NCBI RefSeq assembly: GCF_001194135.2
Contig: NC_068999.1
Location: forward strand, 25,871,810-25,917,570
Origin: Octopus bimaculoides
Taxonomy: Eukaryota
Direction of reading: 5' to 3'
DNA length: 45,761 nucleotides
Position 1 is the stretch's first letter. Each line of letters begins with the position of its first letter. Positions 1 to 9,997 of this stretch are shown here, one piece after another. The notes beneath the pieces were generated by a model, which saw only the letters and a list, made by a program, of their open reading frames with translations, searched no databases and was not told the origin of the DNA. The position numbers and the translations under genes were made by a program.

Positions 1-45
<45 letters not shown>
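1..45. repeat. (TA)n microsatellite
   Basis: Near-perfect TA dinucleotide run. Similar runs occur at about 988-1010, 1896-1940, 2062-2091, 5407-5445, 17781-17823, 23700-23810 and 28388-28471. Confidence 0.98.
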
Positions 46-49
<4 letters not shown>

Positions 50-730
50 AGAAAGAATCATGATGTCGTAGGAGAAAAATGTGTTCACCTGGATGATAGT
101 TCACTTGCACTAAATGTGGCTGCAAAGAGAGAGGTTGGGAGACACCACTATGAAAGGTTGTTCAATAAAGAAAATGAATGGGAGAAAGAGAGTCAGCCAA
201 ATGTCGACCCAACAGAGGGACCAGCTATCCGAGTTGACAGTACCATGGTAGATAAAGCAATTAAGAGTATGAACAATTTAAGAGTATGAACAACTTCTGC
301 CACATTCCAGGGAGAAAAACTAGAAGTAGTTGATAGCTTCCGCTATCTAGGTGACCAAGTCAGTAGCGGGGGTGGGTGTGCTTAAAGTCTAACTGCTAGA
401 ATAAGAGTAGCCTGGGCAAAGTTCAGAGAGCTCTTACTTCTGCTGGTGTCAAAGGGCCTCTTGCTCAGAGTAAAAGGCAGACTGTGTGACGCATGTGTAC
501 GAACAGCCATGCTACATGGCAGTGAAACATGGACCGTGACTGCTGAGGACATGCGTAAGCTCGCAAAAAATGAAGCTAGTATGCTCCGATGGATGTGTAA
601 TGTCAGTGTGCATACTCGGCAGAGTGTTAGTACCTTGAGAGAAAAGTTGGACTTAAGAAGCATCAGTTGTGGTGTGCAAGAGAGACGATTGTGCTGGTAT
701 GGTCATTTGGCGGGAATGGGTGAGGATAGC
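46..730 (+). mobile_element. RTE-clade LINE relic (endonuclease-RT linker fused to RT C-terminus; RT core deleted)
   Basis: 44-289 encodes a linker-like peptide (HYERLFNKENEWEKE...VDKAIKSM). From ~296 it reads ATFQGEKLEVVDSFRYLGDQVSSGGGC*SLTARIRVAWAKFREL...LHGSETW...RRLCWYGH, matching RTE RT C-terminal motifs (YLG, RIxxAWxKF, L(Y/H)GSETW, WYGH). It is nearly identical to the minus copy at 26.2-26.66 kb. Confidence 0.9.
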
Positions 731-1010
731 CGTTTTTTGGTTATGAAATAAGCTACACAAAACGTGTTTTTGAATTACATGTATTTACTTTATATACATA
801 TATGAGTTGAAAATTTTCTTTTAACATTTCACTTAATGTCTATGTTCCATGCTGGCATGGGTTGGAGTGTTATTAATGTAGAAATTTGGTATTTCAGCTA
901 CTAGCAGTTGAGACCTGCGTAATCTAGACAGCATTTTAAAATTCCATTATTCTCTTTAATCCGGGCAATACCAGGTATTTCTGCTAGTATATATATATAT
1001 ATATATATAT

Positions 1011-1204
1011 NNNNNNNNNNNNNNNNNNNNNNNNNNNNNNNNNNNNNNNNNNNNNNNNNNNNNNNNNNNNNNNNNNNNNNNNNNNNNNNNNNNNNNNNNN
1101 NNNNNNNNNNNNNNNNNNNNNNNNNNNNNNNNNNNNNNNNNNNNNNNNNNNNNNNNNNNNNNNNNNNNNNNNNNNNNNNNNNNNNNNNNNNNNNNNNNNN
1201 NNNN
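1011..1204. other. Assembly gap (N run); other gaps at 1941-2061, 9960-9997, 10473-10482, 10914-11485, 25462-25812, 26717-27363
   Basis: Runs of n, several flanked by (TA)n or tandem repeats. Confidence 0.99.
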
Positions 1205-1247
1205 ATATATACACATACATATATATGTATTCATACATATACATATT

Positions 1248-1330
1248 GCAAGATCGTAGGTTTGATTCCCAGACCGGGCATTGTGTTGTGTTCTTGAGCA
1301 AAGCACTTCATTTCACATTGCTTTGCAATC
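1248..1330 (+). mobile_element. SINE head fragment (tRNA-like B-box plus central domain)
   Basis: gtaggtttgattccc resembles a B-box and is followed by gtgttgtgttcttgagcaaagcacttcatttcacattgct, a typical SINE central-domain motif. Confidence 0.55.
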
Positions 1331-1631
1331 ATTTCAACATCTGACACATGGTACCTGTTGCACCTGTACACTTACATTTTATTGTTGTTTTTGTGTCCAT
1401 TTTTCTGAGCTTGCATAAGTTGGATAGATACGTTATTTGAGGCATTGTTGCATGCCCTTCTTGATACTAATCTGTAACTGTTTTCATGTAAGAGACCTTT
1501 GTAGGAAGTTCTCATAACATTAGAAGACTCTGTGTGTGTAGTTCAAATTTACAGAAAACAAAAGACGAAGACAGGTGATGGAGCAACAAGCAGGTGTGTA
1601 AGTTTGACGAATTATCTTCTTTCAGATTCTG

Positions 1632-1725
1632 CCTACTAAATCCATTCACAAGGTATTGGTTGGCTCAGTGTTATTGAAGATACTTCCCCAAGGTGCTGCG
1701 TAGTGGAACTGAACTTCACCATACA
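1632..1725 (-). mobile_element. SINE family B fragment
   Basis: Reverse complement aligns to the 2832 and 28.5 kb copies (caccttgggaagtatcttc...ccttgtgaatggatttagtag). Confidence 0.7.
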
Positions 1726-2061
1726 AGCCATACCTGCATTCATATCTTACTGTATTGACCAGACTATCAGATGTGATATACACCACTCATCACAATGCAC
1801 TTCCTCACATTGTTCTACTTTCTGGACGCTGTTGCTCTCCTGGCTTGGTAGACAGGCCAATCGTCTGTCACAACATTACCAATTTACATTTGAGTGTATA
1901 TATATATATACATACATATATATATATATATACATACATANNNNNNNNNNNNNNNNNNNNNNNNNNNNNNNNNNNNNNNNNNNNNNNNNNNNNNNNNNNN
2001 NNNNNNNNNNNNNNNNNNNNNNNNNNNNNNNNNNNNNNNNNNNNNNNNNNNNNNNNNNNNN

Positions 2062-2094
<33 letters not shown>

Positions 2095-2831
2095 TATGAT
2101 GACTTGAAAAGCTTTATTTGACAGAGATTATCTACTGCATATGTATTTTGCAGAATGCTTTCATGAGGTATTTTTGCTCAACCTTATTGTTGATATTCAT
2201 TGTCAGTATGGATGGAATATAAAAACTAATTAATTGATGAAAGGTATGGACAATTTTCAAAGTCATTAGATCTCATTAGGAAAGCATATTCACTTCAGTT
2301 GATGAGGCTTTAAAATGTTTCGTATAGATAAAAGTGTAAGTGAAGCTAGTGATACTGAATAAGAATATCAACTGTGAAGGTGAGGGAAAAAATAATTCAT
2401 GGAAGTTCAGTATTCTAAATACACACATCATCTTCATTTAATGTCCACTTTTCCATGCTTGTATGGGTCAAATAGAATTTGTTGAGGCGAATATTTCTCT
2501 CTCCAGATGTCCCTCCAGTCATCAACCTTTACCTGTTTCCTTTTTTGGTCAACCCAATACATAGTTACATATGTACATACATTTCTATACATAATGCTCC
2601 TCTGAGTTATTTTCTCTCAGCCATATTTTTGTTATTTGTAATCAGTGTTATTACTTTGTATTTCCTACCTCTTACATTTTTACATTTCTCACAGTTAGAC
2701 TTTCTAATATTGAAATCTATTTCAGTCCTTCTTCTTCACACTGAGCATAAAGTATATGCTGAGCCATCAAAAGCACATATATTCAAATTAAGCTATCTTC
2801 TATGGTAACAGCTTAATTTATACTTTATATA

Positions 2832-3265
2832 GCAGGTGTAACTGTGTGATTAAGAAGTTTACTTCCCAACCATATGGTTCTGGGTTCAGTCCTGGTGTAC
2901 AACACCTTGGGAACGTCTTCTACTACAACCCTGAGCCAACCAAGGCCTTGTGAGTGGATTTAGTATATGGAAACTGAAAGAAGCCCTTATATATATGTGA
3001 GTGTGTGAATGTATATATGTTTGTATCTCTGTCTTGATACCATATGATAGTTGTAAACGATTGTCAATGTCACATAGACAGTGTCATTCATTTCCAATAT
3101 TCTGCAAAAACATGTCTGGCCAAGGGAGAACTATTACGTTGCTTGGAAATAGGTATAGGGTTGGCAATAGGATGGGCACCTGGCCATAGAAAACTTGCCT
3201 CAATAAATTCTCTCTGACTGTGCTAGCATGGAAAAGAGGATATTGAAATGACAATGACGATAATG
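2832..3265 (+). mobile_element. SINE family B (tRNA-like head, TA/TG linker, RTE-like 3' tail)
   Basis: Head gcaggtgtaactgtgtgattaagaag...ggttcagtcc...caccttggg...gtgagtggattt...gaaactgaaagaagccc, then a TA/TG linker, then a tail ending gctagcatggaaaagaggatattgaaatgacaatgacgataatga that resembles the RTE 3' end. Confidence 0.75.
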
Positions 3266-3436
3266 ATATAAAAACAATGAATTTCTGCATAGTTTTCTTG
3301 AATCAAATTTCAATCACAAGGTAATGTTGATCATGAGACTCTTGCCAGAAGTGCCATACAGTGAGAATGAACCTGAAACCACATTGTTGTGAATCAAAAT
3401 TCTTAACCACACAATCATGTCTTTTAAGGATACATG

Positions 3437-3474
<38 letters not shown>

Positions 3475-3868
3475 TTCACATAGGTTCATAAGCACAGATA
3501 ATTATGAATTTATCATTAACTCATCCAACAATATGATTTTCTGCAAGTGACCCGACTTATATTTGGTTACACTGATTGTTTAATTTACATAAAGAAAAAA
3601 AAAAAAGATTATGTTAGGGAAAATTTATTAAATTAGTCAAATAAAGTGGGTTTGAAATTACTAGCCAGAATCCAGATGTTTACTGGAGAAGAATGTGTAA
3701 TATCAATTATAATTTAAATTGTATTTTGGTAGGGGAAAACAAAAAGAGGAAAACAAGATATCAACAAAAAATATATATGTGCCTTGTCACTTGAAGCAGC
3801 TCTGATATGGATAAATTGAAAGTATGTCATTTTAGATGGTTTAAAATTGTAAATACTTTTTTCGTTTG

Positions 3869-3878
3869 TTTATTTATT
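3869..3878 (-). promoter_or_regulatory. Candidate polyadenylation signal (two overlapping AATAAA) of the AIF1-like gene
   Basis: Plus-strand tttatttatt reads AATAAATAAA on the minus strand, ~130 nt after the TGA at 4007. Confidence 0.4.
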
Positions 3879-4006
3879 GATTGTTCCTTGTTTTTTTAAA
3901 AAAATAGAATTTATCAGCAAATGAGCTGGATATCTAATCCATAACGAGACTATAACACTTTTTAAAATGGTGCTTCCCAAACCAGAGCTGCTGACAGTCT
4001 TTCATA

Positions 4007-4091
4007 TCATGGAAGATTGCTTAGATCTCGCTTGGGTGGTGGTCCTTTTGGTTGTTCCTTTGGTTTGTTTTTTTCTTCAAACATCAGTATC
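4007..4091 (-). CDS. AIF1: Terminal coding exon of an allograft inflammatory factor 1 (AIF1/Iba1)-like protein
   Basis: Strong acceptor (tttctttctttctctttttttttag), then 1 nt + ILMFEEKNKPKEQPKGPPPKRDLSNLP*. This matches the C-termini I recall for human AIF1 ([27 protein letters not shown]) and AIF1L (GPPPERDIASLP). The 85-nt coding length after a phase-2 intron also matches my recollection of the human last exon. Confidence 0.88.
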
Positions 4092-5377
4092 CTAAAAAAA
4101 AAGAGAAAGAAAGAAAATAGTTATGGTTTATAACTCATGAATGCAAAAGTTATTTGTTTGAATGTGTCTGGTATTCTGTACATAATGTTTTGTGTCATTG
4201 ATACTATCATTCAGTTGTGACAGTTGATGTTTAGAAGCATTTGTTAGATCTGCTTAAATGGTTTTTCTGTGTGCAGAAAAGATTATCAACAAAAAAATAA
4301 TTTTAACATAAGACAGACAAATAAGAAGTATCTCATTAAAGACTTCCCTGTTTAGTTGGTTACTTAGCATTTTGTATTTCAAACTCTATGTGAGTTTGTC
4401 AGTACATATTCAGTTCATGTGATTTGTCACTGATCTAAGTGAGTAATGTTTTAGGAAAGTGATGAGTATTTTGAAGAAATATCTCTTTAAGTAGTATCCA
4501 CACTACCTGTCTTTCCCCATAGCCACCAAACAGAGAAAAACTACAAGACCAACCTTATGAAAGGAAATTAGAGGGACAATATTTGCAAGGACCTATCTGA
4601 CAGCAGTTTACGTCCTATACAGAATTCCAAATTTGTTGCATTGGTACTTAAACAATGGCTGAGTGCATAAACAATACTTTCAAGTCATTTACAACAAAGT
4701 TAGTATTAAACTACAAGAATGATGTAGACATTTCCAATGTTTGTTTACTTTTTACAGATAGATACTTCATGGTCTATTTCTAACTGAGGATTTCAACCTA
4801 GTTTTCACCTCATCTTAGTTTCTGCTTATCTAAGTGTCAAGATTAAACCAGACCAGAAGCATTTTAATGAAACTATTAATTGAGAAACATATACTCGTCT
4901 ACATGGACAGAGTTGTACAGTCAACTGGTTTATCACAGATAATCTTTGCTCTAGTAAATACTTTATTCTCTGAGTTTGGAAAGCAACACTTGTTTCCTAG
5001 TACAATATCTGTACATATGTGCACTACCATCAAATATTCCAGTACAAGTCAGATGCTTTAATATGTTCAGTTTCTGTCGAAATAATGAAAACATTAAACT
5101 TGTTGAAATAAGAATGTACTCTCTAATCGATATGACTTGTGACATTTTCTCTGAATATAAACAATTAAATTTAAGGAGACTTATGGTGATATGTATCAGC
5201 AAGAATCATCTGTTGTAAAAGAAAAAGAAATGTGATATATTCAGATGCTGAAAATGTTCTCCCCACAGAGCAACCTAACTTACTTCCTAACTCTCATTTA
5301 TCTAGTTGAAATTCCACTGAAATTATTCAAATGATCTAAATTAATTACAAGTATGTAATTTCATAGGCAGACACTCT

Positions 5378-5405
5378 CGCTAGGACTGTTTAGAACGGTA
5401 AAAAT

Positions 5406-5446
<41 letters not shown>

Positions 5447-5998
5447 CAAGGGAGATAACTACAAAAAAAGCGGCTAACATCTCGGCAATCCTTCGATATA
5501 ACTCGACAAAACAAAAACAAACACTTGACTGTTTCCGTGACAACTCGACAATTCGCTTCAGATATCTTGGTGACCTCCATGACAGCTGCTGGAGGAGAAG
5601 AAAGCTAATGGGTTGTGTGTGCGTGCTTGTTCTTGTCTGTGTGTGCTTGTTCTTGTCTGTGTGTGTGTGTATGTGTTTGTTCTTGTCTGTGTGTCTATGT
5701 GTGTGAATGTAAACAGAACCAGCACACACAGAGACAAGCATAAGCATGCACACACAGAGATACACAGACAAGAACAATCACTCACACATGCACACACACA
5801 GAGAAGAACAAGCATGCACACATGCACATACACAGACAAGAACAAGTACGCACACACAGAGGTCACAGCAGCTGTCACGGAGGTCACGAAGATATCCGAA
5901 GTGAATTGTCGAGTTGTCACGGAAACAGCCGAGTGTTTGCTTTGGTTTTGTCGAGTTATATCGAAGGATTGCCAACATCTCTCTAAGTAGTTCACTAG
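5378..5998. mobile_element. Foldback-type non-autonomous element / long palindrome
   Basis: 108-bp inverted arms at 5484-5591 and 5866-5973 (8 mismatches by hand count), with a mirrored minisatellite core. The 9-mer agacactct flanks it at 5369-5377 and 5999-6007 (possible TSD). Confidence 0.75.
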
Positions 5999-6213
5999 AG
6001 ACACTCTTAATCTTCTCAACTGTATGGAAAAAGCTTTGCTGAGGAGATCCAACATGACCGAGTTCATTGTTTTCACCTATTAACTTTAGAAATCAGATCC
6101 TTTCCAATCTGCTTTTTTTTGTCCGATCAATTCTTCTAATTAGTTATCTTCATTGCTTATTGTTTTTAGATTTTAGAGGGTGTTTTTGTCTCCCCTAGAC
6201 ATTGTTCAAATTA

Positions 6214-6379
6214 CCATATTTTAACACGTATAAGGAACCTCCTTTTTTTTGTCAAAAATTAGGTTAAAAAAATATGGGAGTACCTTATAGATGGATAGTA
6301 TTATAATCCCTTACAAAACCTTTTTTCCAAATTTTAAGCCCCCAAATTTAGGGAGTTCCTTATACACGTTAAAATACGG
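6214..6379. mobile_element. Tc1/mariner (pogo/Tigger-type) MITE
   Basis: TA-ccatattttaacacgtataaggaac ... gttccttatacacgttaaaatacgg-TA: ~25-bp TIRs with a TA TSD. Confidence 0.85.
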
Positions 6380-6847
6380 TAATTACATTTCTGCTGAAAG
6401 CAAGTGTAAACCTAACACATTCTACTGTGTATTGTCCTAGATAATTATTTCTAGAGTGACATAAATGTGCTCATTTCTGACGACTACATTCAAGATGAAT
6501 GCCAAATTCTTAGCAAATGCTCTGGCCACAACCACCACCACCACCACTCAAGTGACCCAACTGCTCACACTCTGCTATTAGTTGAAGTAAAAATAATTTA
6601 AAACAGGAACAAATTAGTCTGATAGATTTGAATGGAATTTGTTGAGCAAACCAGATGATGTTGGCTATTTGTCTTTCCACAGCCTTCTGTCTTTGCAAAG
6701 AGTCTCAGATGTTTGCTAAAGTGAACTTTTAATCTTACTAACGAGAGCTTACACATCTTGCACCTAAAATTATCACTGAAAAAGAACTATGTCCCAATAA
6801 TCTGAAAAACAAGTTAACAGAGACCTTTAGATATCTTGATTAAGGAT

Positions 6848-7050
6848 GAAGCTTAGCAGCATTTCTTCCAGTTCTGCATTCCAATTCCATTGAGATCAGC
6901 TATGCCTTTTATCGTTTTGGGATCAATAAAATAAGTATTAGTCAAGTGCTAGGGTCAATGTAATTAACTTCCCCATCACCTCAAAAAGAAAAAATTGCTG
7001 GCCCTGTGCCAAGATTTGAAACCATTATTATTATTATTATTATTATTATT
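6848..7050 (+). mobile_element. SINE family A (5'-truncated) with (ATT)n tail
   Basis: gcttagcagcatttc...gccttttatcgttttgggatcaataaaataagt...ggccctgtgccaagatttgaaacc(att)n; aligns to the 7622 copy. Confidence 0.85.
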
Positions 7051-7596
7051 TAAGACATTGCACATCATCCAATATTGTGATGTTGATTGAAGATATTGTG
7101 TCTACCGCGGGTTTGTACTGTCTGTCAAGTCACAACAACCTCAGACAGACAGTACTTTATGCAATATGCATGCAGTTCTAAGTAATACCAATTTTTGCAA
7201 TACACCTAGATTGTAGGGTATTTCTAAAGTTTCCAGATGGTTCTTCAGATTGGGTAGTATTGAACCCAATGCTCTGATGACAACAGGGACAACCTTTATG
7301 TTTGACTCTTGTAGCTGCCACATCTTGGCAATCTCAATTCTCAAGTCACCATATTTATCAATCTTTTCTCTTTCTTTCATGATAATATGTTGATCCCCTT
7401 GCACTGACATGTTGATTATTAGGGACTCTCATTTGTCCCTCCTAAAGGTTACTATATCCAGCTTTTGATGCTCTAACATCTTGTCTGTCTGGAAGTCAAA
7501 GTCTCAGAGAATTTTTGCCTTCCCCTTTTCATTCATTACCTTCTCTGGTGTATGTTGGTACCAAGCATCCGGTACCTTGTATCCATATTTCCAGGA
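7051..7596 (-). mobile_element. R4/Dong-clade non-LTR retrotransposon 3' fragment (restriction-like endonuclease)
   Basis: With stops and one frameshift it reads KAKIL*DFDFQTDKMLEHQKLDIV...QGDQHIIMKEREKIDKYGDLRIEIAKMW...VVPVVIRALG...LQKLVLLRTACILHKVL*, matching R4/Dong RLE motifs (LWDF.QTD, RPDIV, KE.EK..KY, VVPVVIGALG). Confidence 0.88.
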
Positions 7597-7621
7597 TAAT
7601 AATAATAATAATATTATTATT

Positions 7622-7834
7622 AAGGCGGCAAGCTGGCAGAATCATTAGCCTGCCAGGCAAAATGCTTAGTGGTATTTCATCCAACCTTAGATTCTGAGTT
7701 CAAATTCCACCGGGGTTGACTTTGCCTTTCATCTTGTCAGGGTTGATAAAATAAGTACCAGTTGAGTACTGAGACTGATGTAATCAACTATTCTCCTCCC
7801 TGAAATTTCAGGCCTTGTGCCTATATTAGAAAGG

Positions 7835-7872
<38 letters not shown>
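7622..7872 (+). mobile_element. SINE family A, full length, (ATT)n tail
   Basis: tRNA-like head aaggcggcaagctggcagaa...gagttcaaattcc, central gactttgcctttcatc...gggttgataaaataagtaccag, and 3' ggccttgtgcctatattagaaagg(att)n. Confidence 0.9.
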
Positions 7873-7873
<1 letters not shown>

Positions 7874-8429
7874 TACTCATTGCAAGTATATGAAATAGCT
7901 AAACATTTCAGCCTACTTTCATCTCATCAGCGAGAATATTCTAAAATCAAGTGGATATAAACTGAAATGATCCTAACACTAATGAATCGCACATCAGGAA
8001 AGAGGTGTATGAAGATATGCATCAATCTGTGTGGTGTACAGTGAAGTCGTTATTTCTGTTGGTAGAATCACTTGATAAATGCTTTTAATTATCTGTCAAA
8101 TGGGCCATTCTAGTTAGTAACCATTTAATTCAAAATCCAATCTATGGGTATAAAATCATCAAAATTTTATTGTACCACGTAGCAAGGTCATGGCTAATCA
8201 AATAACAGAGCAAATGCAAAAAGTACAGAAATACAGAGGCAAAATTGACTTTCTACACATAAAAAAATTAAAAGATAAAAATTCTGAAGCATATCTTGAC
8301 AAGTTGCACAATCTGTGTAAACAAAATGCTCATACAAATAGTGAGGTTTGTTTCCAATTCATTGTAAACCTGTAGCTATGTGTAGGCTGATTGTTGTTCA
8401 ACAGACAAGAGCATTTTTATCTGGCTTGG

Positions 8430-8545
8430 AAACAGATAAGGGTTGACAACAGGAAGGGCATCTGATCATAGAAAAATCTGCTACAAGACACTCTTCCAGG
8501 TAAGCATGGAAAAATGGACATTAAAACAATGATGAGATGATGGTG
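8430..8545 (+). mobile_element. RTE-type 3' tail fragment (SINE or LINE end)
   Basis: gggttgacaacaggaagggcatctg...agcatggaaaaatggacattaaaacaatgatgag resembles the RTE 3' end at 25155-25330. Confidence 0.6.
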
Positions 8546-9291
8546 GTATATTGGCTTATCAATGTGTGTGTATGTATACATGTATGTATGAATGTAATGT
8601 GTGTGTGTGTGTGTGTTTATGTGTGTATAAATATCATTTTATGTCTGTTTTCCATGCTGGCATGGGTTGGGTGGTCATTACAATTACAGTTAGATTTATA
8701 GAGAACCATTATCTTCATAGGCAAATGGGTGGTCCATATCTTGTTCGAATATTTTATTTTTGGTTTTGTTTCAATGGTTGAATGTCCTTCCTATCACTGA
8801 CTGTTTTACAGAGTGTTTCAAGTACATCTTATCATGATACAACAGCACTAAAGAGACTCCTTGACCCAATACTTTCTCTACTTATTTGTCAACCACTCTA
8901 TAGAGTTTGCTGGATGCATTTTATCATGGCAACATCCCGAGAAGGGCAGATTTGTAGACTATAAGAGTAAAAAGTACTCACTACACACCTGATGTGTACA
9001 TGCACTCAAGAAAGCATTAAGAAATTAAATAGGGGAGAGAGCAATGACAGGAGAAAAACCAGGTTGGATGAGTGAAAGAGAAGAAGAATGTGATAGAAGA
9101 AATAGAGTGAATGGGATGAGAGAGGAAGAGAAGTTGTAGAATCATATGAGAAAGTGATGAAGACATGACTTAAAGAAGTGGCTATTGGGAAAATGAACAA
9201 TAAGGAGATGAAAGAATGTCAAAAATATGAATGTGGTTTAGCAAATATACACTTGATAGAATACACACACACACACACACAATATACTTAA

Positions 9292-9525
9292 AGGATTGTT
9301 GGTTATAGTCGATCAGAGAATGACCATTGGTTTGGCACCAATAAAGTTCCTAGCAGTATAGATGACTTATCAGACTTGTTGGCTAACCAAGACTTTTTCC
9401 TACCTTCAATTGTAGAGAGGTTATGTGCCTCTAGCCAACAAGTTTGATGAGTCACCTACACTGCTAAGAACTTTATAGGTGCAAAATCAATGGTCACTTT
9501 CTGACTAGCCATAACCAAAAACCCT
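9292..9525. mobile_element. Palindromic MITE, ~110-bp TIRs, TTAA-flanked (Kolobok-like AGG...CCT termini)
   Basis: ttaa|aggattgttggttatagtc...gacttgttggcta mirrored by tagccaacaagtttg...ataaccaaaaaccct|ttaa. Confidence 0.8.
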
Positions 9526-9809
9526 TTAAGTATTACCGCTCTACAGCTTTAGAGTGTGCTTCTTTTCAGATTTATGAACTACTAGCCAATATATATTCCA
9601 TGTTGGCAGAGCCTTAGGATTGCAAGGAGGCACCATATAAAACTCTGAGTTGTTTTCATTGCATGAAACTAGTAGTAGCTCATAAAAATATATATATTGT
9701 GTTCATTAAATAATATATCTATATACATTTTCAAAATGTAACCACATGTGAATCGTTGGTGATTTTTTTCCTTCATCTTCCTTTCCTCTTGGACTTTCCT
9801 CCGTCTCCT

Positions 9810-9844
9810 GTTTCTGACCAAAAGCTTTGCTTGAAATGTAAAAC
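9810..9844 (+). ncRNA. Degenerate minimal type I hammerhead ribozyme motif, probably in a PLE terminal-repeat relic (~9700-9959)
   Basis: GTTT-CTGACCA-A-AAGC-TTT-GCTT-GAAA-TG-TA-AAAC. Stem I GTTT/AAAC and stem II AAGC/GCTT both pair, GAAA is intact, and core G8 is mutated to C. Confidence 0.6.
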
Positions 9845-9997
9845 CACCTTTCTTTCCTTCCCTGAGCATCTGCTAATACTTTGCATGTACCACATCCTCG
9901 CATTGTTGTTTTTTTTTCTTGTGTTTGTTCTTCATTATTTTGGATTTACTATTTTATATNNNNNNNNNNNNNNNNNNNNNNNNNNNNNNNNNNNNNN

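Noticed and set aside
5600-5865. CRISPR-like repeat/spacer appearance of the minisatellite and SINE clusters
   Set aside because: No constant repeat with unique, equal-length spacers and no cas genes; the context is eukaryotic.
7622-7710. tRNA genes at SINE heads
   Set aside because: A/B-box-like motifs are present, but there is no complete cloverleaf and they continue into SINE bodies.
7895-7935. CTGATGA...GAAA on the minus strand; also CTGAGGA...GAAA at ~12646-12685 (+)
   Set aside because: No pairing stem II or stem I.
8183-8345. 163-nt length matching the recalled human AIF1 penultimate exon
   Set aside because: Wrong strand, wrong phases and no EF-hand sequence; coincidence.
9706-9903. 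SKAFGQ in a minus ORF as the AIF1 GKAFG exon
   Set aside because: The flanking residues do not match AIF1, there are no fitting splice sites, and the same bases are better explained as the hammerhead stem II.
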